DNA of 28,531 bases from Capsulimonadales bacterium (GTDB taxonomy: Bacteria; Armatimonadota; Armatimonadia; Armatimonadales; Armatimonadaceae): NCBI GenBank assembly GCA_033762295.1, contig JANRLW010000065.1:1-28531 (forward strand). Reading direction: 5' to 3'. Below, piece by piece: positions 27,101 to 28,531 of the stretch. The stretch's first letter is position 1. Each line of letters begins with the position of its first letter. Made by a program: the position numbers and the translations under genes. Below the pieces are notes generated by a model. That model was not told the origin of the DNA. It saw only the letters and a program-made list of their open reading frames with translations, and searched no databases.

Positions 27101-28531
27101 CGGCGTTGCGACCGCCACCGGTACGCCGACCGAGACGGTCAGCTATACGTATGATGACGCGAACCGGCCGCTGGCGATCGTGCGGGGCGCGGACCGGATC
27201 GACTTCGCCTACCACCATGCGAACAAATGGTTGACGGAGATCAAAACCACGGTCGGCGGGCGGGTGCATACGGTACGGTATGGTTATCGCGCGGACGGTC
27301 GCCGTTCGTCGATGACCTCGATCGTCGGTACGCTGGTTCGCGAGACCCTCTACGACTACGAGAACTCCGGCCGTCTCTTCCGAATCTCCTATCCGAACGG
27401 GGCGACGACCCAGTGGTCGTATGATTTTACGGACCGACCGCTCTCGGAGATCACGCGGACGTCGAGCGGGACGTTGCTGGCGACCTGGTACGAGTACGGC
27501 CCCTCGGGCCAATCCGACGATCCGTCGCTGGCTCCGATCTACCTGCGGCGCGTCCGGCAGACGGTCAACGGGGCGACCGTCGCCGACTACACGCTGACCC
27601 ACTCGTATCGCGGTCAACTCATCCGGCTACTGGGAACGGTCAACGGTCAGACGATCCGGACGGACTACCAGTACGATCTGCGCGGGCGTCTGGTGAGCGA
27701 GTCGCGGCAGCGGACGGTGGCCGGTCAGACCTACGGTGGAACGAGCGGCTATTCCTACGATCTTGCCGACAACCTGAACGCCGGGACGAACGGCTGGGTT
27801 TATAACAGCGACAACCGCCTGACCTTCGCGCCGTCGGTGGCGGGAATGCCGGGGGCGGCGAATCTCGCCTATGACGCGGCGGGCAACTGCACGCGGATCG
27901 ATACCCGCACTCTGGCCTACGACCTCAACGGCCGTTTGTCGAGCGTTCGTCCGACGTCGGGGCCGGGCATCTCGATCTCGATTCAGTACGATCCACTGGG
28001 GCGTCGTTTCAGCGAGACGGTCACGGACGGTAGCGGAACGCGTTCTCGGTTCTTCGATTACGACGGGAACGACCTGATCGGTGAGCAGACGGGAACATCG
28101 ATTTCGGAGAGTAGCTATACCTACTACCTGGGGACGGGCGGCGGGTATGTCGGCGCAACGGGCGGGTACGCGGGGGACGGTCAGTACTACGCGTACGGCC
28201 CGGACGGGGAGATGTGGGGTCTGGCGAGCAAAGAGGGCAGCTGGCTGTGGACCCTTCGGAATAACGTGGATGCGTTCGGCAACCGTCGCGAGGGCGTTGA
28301 CACCTCGTCGAGCGGTTATCCCCGTCTGTTTTTTAATGGTGGCTACACTAACCCCGACACCGGTTGGACCTCCCCCACGGATGGCGGTCTGGAAGGGGAC
28401 TACGATCCGCGCACGGGCGATGCGCTCGCCGCCGCTCTCGATGGCCGGAACCGTCTGTACGCCGGAATGCTGGGCAAAGCCTCGCAACTGGCGGGCATCG
28501 GCATGGACATCGGCGACTTTGCCGCCTCCTT
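24117..28531 (+). CDS. Large Rhs/YD-repeat protein with N-terminal signal peptide (3' end runs off the right edge)
   Basis: Not in the ORF track because no stop falls in the window. Starts MERTTIGQGGRRIARVAGILAAVRVFVFQVLVLQVSPLHAQ. The same frame carries YD repeats (YNPFGQ, YDALGD, YDTRGRL, YDAAGRV, YDLRGRL, YDPLGRR) and core-like DAFGN...YDPRTG. 1471 codons visible. Confidence 0.92.
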   Translation, partial: MERTTIGQGGRRIARVAGILAAVRVFVFQVLVLQVSPLHAQTASDWTASISPVGKTSGTARAINGTATVTPADGSPSLAIKAETITAGTDGEGTARISTVESKLRITLTWRPKNGDSRLDPSPNFALIEYRRKVVAEAGSGATTIFIRQDSSPPPHPPSEAEGEGDAKVVFNGPEGFPVGPLTAEAKSRTSSEQGKTTAETTELPALDVKVDPDWKVAIIPVRSGQAVLDFPYVLNANAKSRYFCLATGSHGSSGGGRASVSLEYRIGRLDIGRHNGMLGTSIEGNHSTAGQDPSYTRWLPLTFSPVVSTMPFRRANNSLPDLWGNLHCAYSLRVFREKNKDVNGTGNYYSSYDGKPIVNTTDKPPAFVLLDANGDRLVFGPSPGFTPLSKDIRSKFSYVNGVLTLTDAGPPGRLKERGDFTYTFRDFPDPSDPDSVEPAVLLTIADRLGNRHTLTYGTTGQPYLTVTDSSSSRQLLFYALDGAILRVVAPVLFGTEPILRTELGWDGRGHLTSLRTFAGNAATPTQTMSWEYVPGTDRPQRVRQNDTVLDYGYTKAPSRDVFGNDVYRVSAISVGDANDRSSSASPYPGAPGPSIRGTTTYAFGSHTSFFGGIDARTNTITDPRGKQTKITYHYANPDDGNDNGAISAFDLYPPSFQGATGTPVYKQRFLPDVTAPTASSLTLPGPSVDAGSVVLWEFLHNGATGSLSQVRDPLQHIWAFGWDGHRLRSVTDPTGLTWNVDYTPQGKVSRVTDPAGSVRSEITYNPFGQPKTLRTPAGPGGVTTLTYDTVTGDLLSVVEPTGAKSLVGRPDGNTGGIVPGSAYDALGDPLAFTVFPDTGDPRTSSAPLTLSLLWNADQQVREAGLPGGQRLVHTYANGVRIRTELFAPTGALLDRKDFSYDTRGRLYRIADSVGTMTRYEFDLADNPVGLIDGKGNKVTVTYGNRNEVTAVTGADGGSLLYNADGSVRQSKDRRNVTTAFVYDAAGRVTSQTVTGVATATGTPTETVSYTYDDANRPLAIVRGADRIDFAYHHANKWLTEIKTTVGGRVHTVRYGYRADGRRSSMTSIVGTLVRETLYDYENSGRLFRISYPNGATTQWSYDFTDRPLSEITRTSSGTLLATWYEYGPSGQSDDPSLAPIYLRRVRQTVNGATVADYTLTHSYRGQLIRLLGTVNGQTIRTDYQYDLRGRLVSESRQRTVAGQTYGGTSGYSYDLADNLNAGTNGWVYNSDNRLTFAPSVAGMPGAANLAYDAAGNCTRIDTRTLAYDLNGRLSSVRPTSGPGISISIQYDPLGRRFSETVTDGSGTRSRFFDYDGNDLIGEQTGTSISESSYTYYLGTGGGYVGATGGYAGDGQYYAYGPDGEMWGLASKEGSWLWTLRNNVDAFGNRREGVDTSSSGYPRLFFNGGYTNPDTGWTSPTDGGLEGDYDPRTGDALAAALDGRNRLYAGMLGKASQLAGIGMDIGDFAAS

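Noticed and set aside
24041..28487. Many short ORFs listed in the last 4.5 kb
   Set aside because: They overlap the single open Rhs frame starting at 24117 and lie in other frames or on the other strand.

Overview
GC-rich bacterial chromosomal window. The [32 protein letters not shown] / H-X9-DG prepilin-like gene style suggests Armatimonadota, which is an inference. From left to right it holds: a partial TetR regulator with three operator-like sites; ankyrin and TPR genes; a candidate rod-shaped RNA; a cupin and two Tat-exported Gfo/Idh/MocA oxidoreductases; a metallophosphoesterase / GT-C glycosyltransferase / CBM9-esterase cluster; an LptD-like gene; two convergent prepilin-type genes; MATE, VanW, HD-domain and class V aminotransferase genes; a DUF1552 / DUF1592 cytochrome c pair; and a signal-peptide Rhs/YD gene of at least 1471 codons that runs off the right edge and is missing from the ORF track. 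The most striking feature is an AT-richer ~1.03 kb insert carrying only the second prepilin-like gene. It is bounded by a perfect 41-bp direct repeat of the 3' end of the first prepilin-like gene, and no recombinase is present in the window. Also notable are the degenerate Rhs core lacking the DPxG autocleavage motifs and the complementary active-site changes in the tandem oxidoreductases. No rRNA, tRNA, CRISPR array, transposase or reverse transcriptase was seen.
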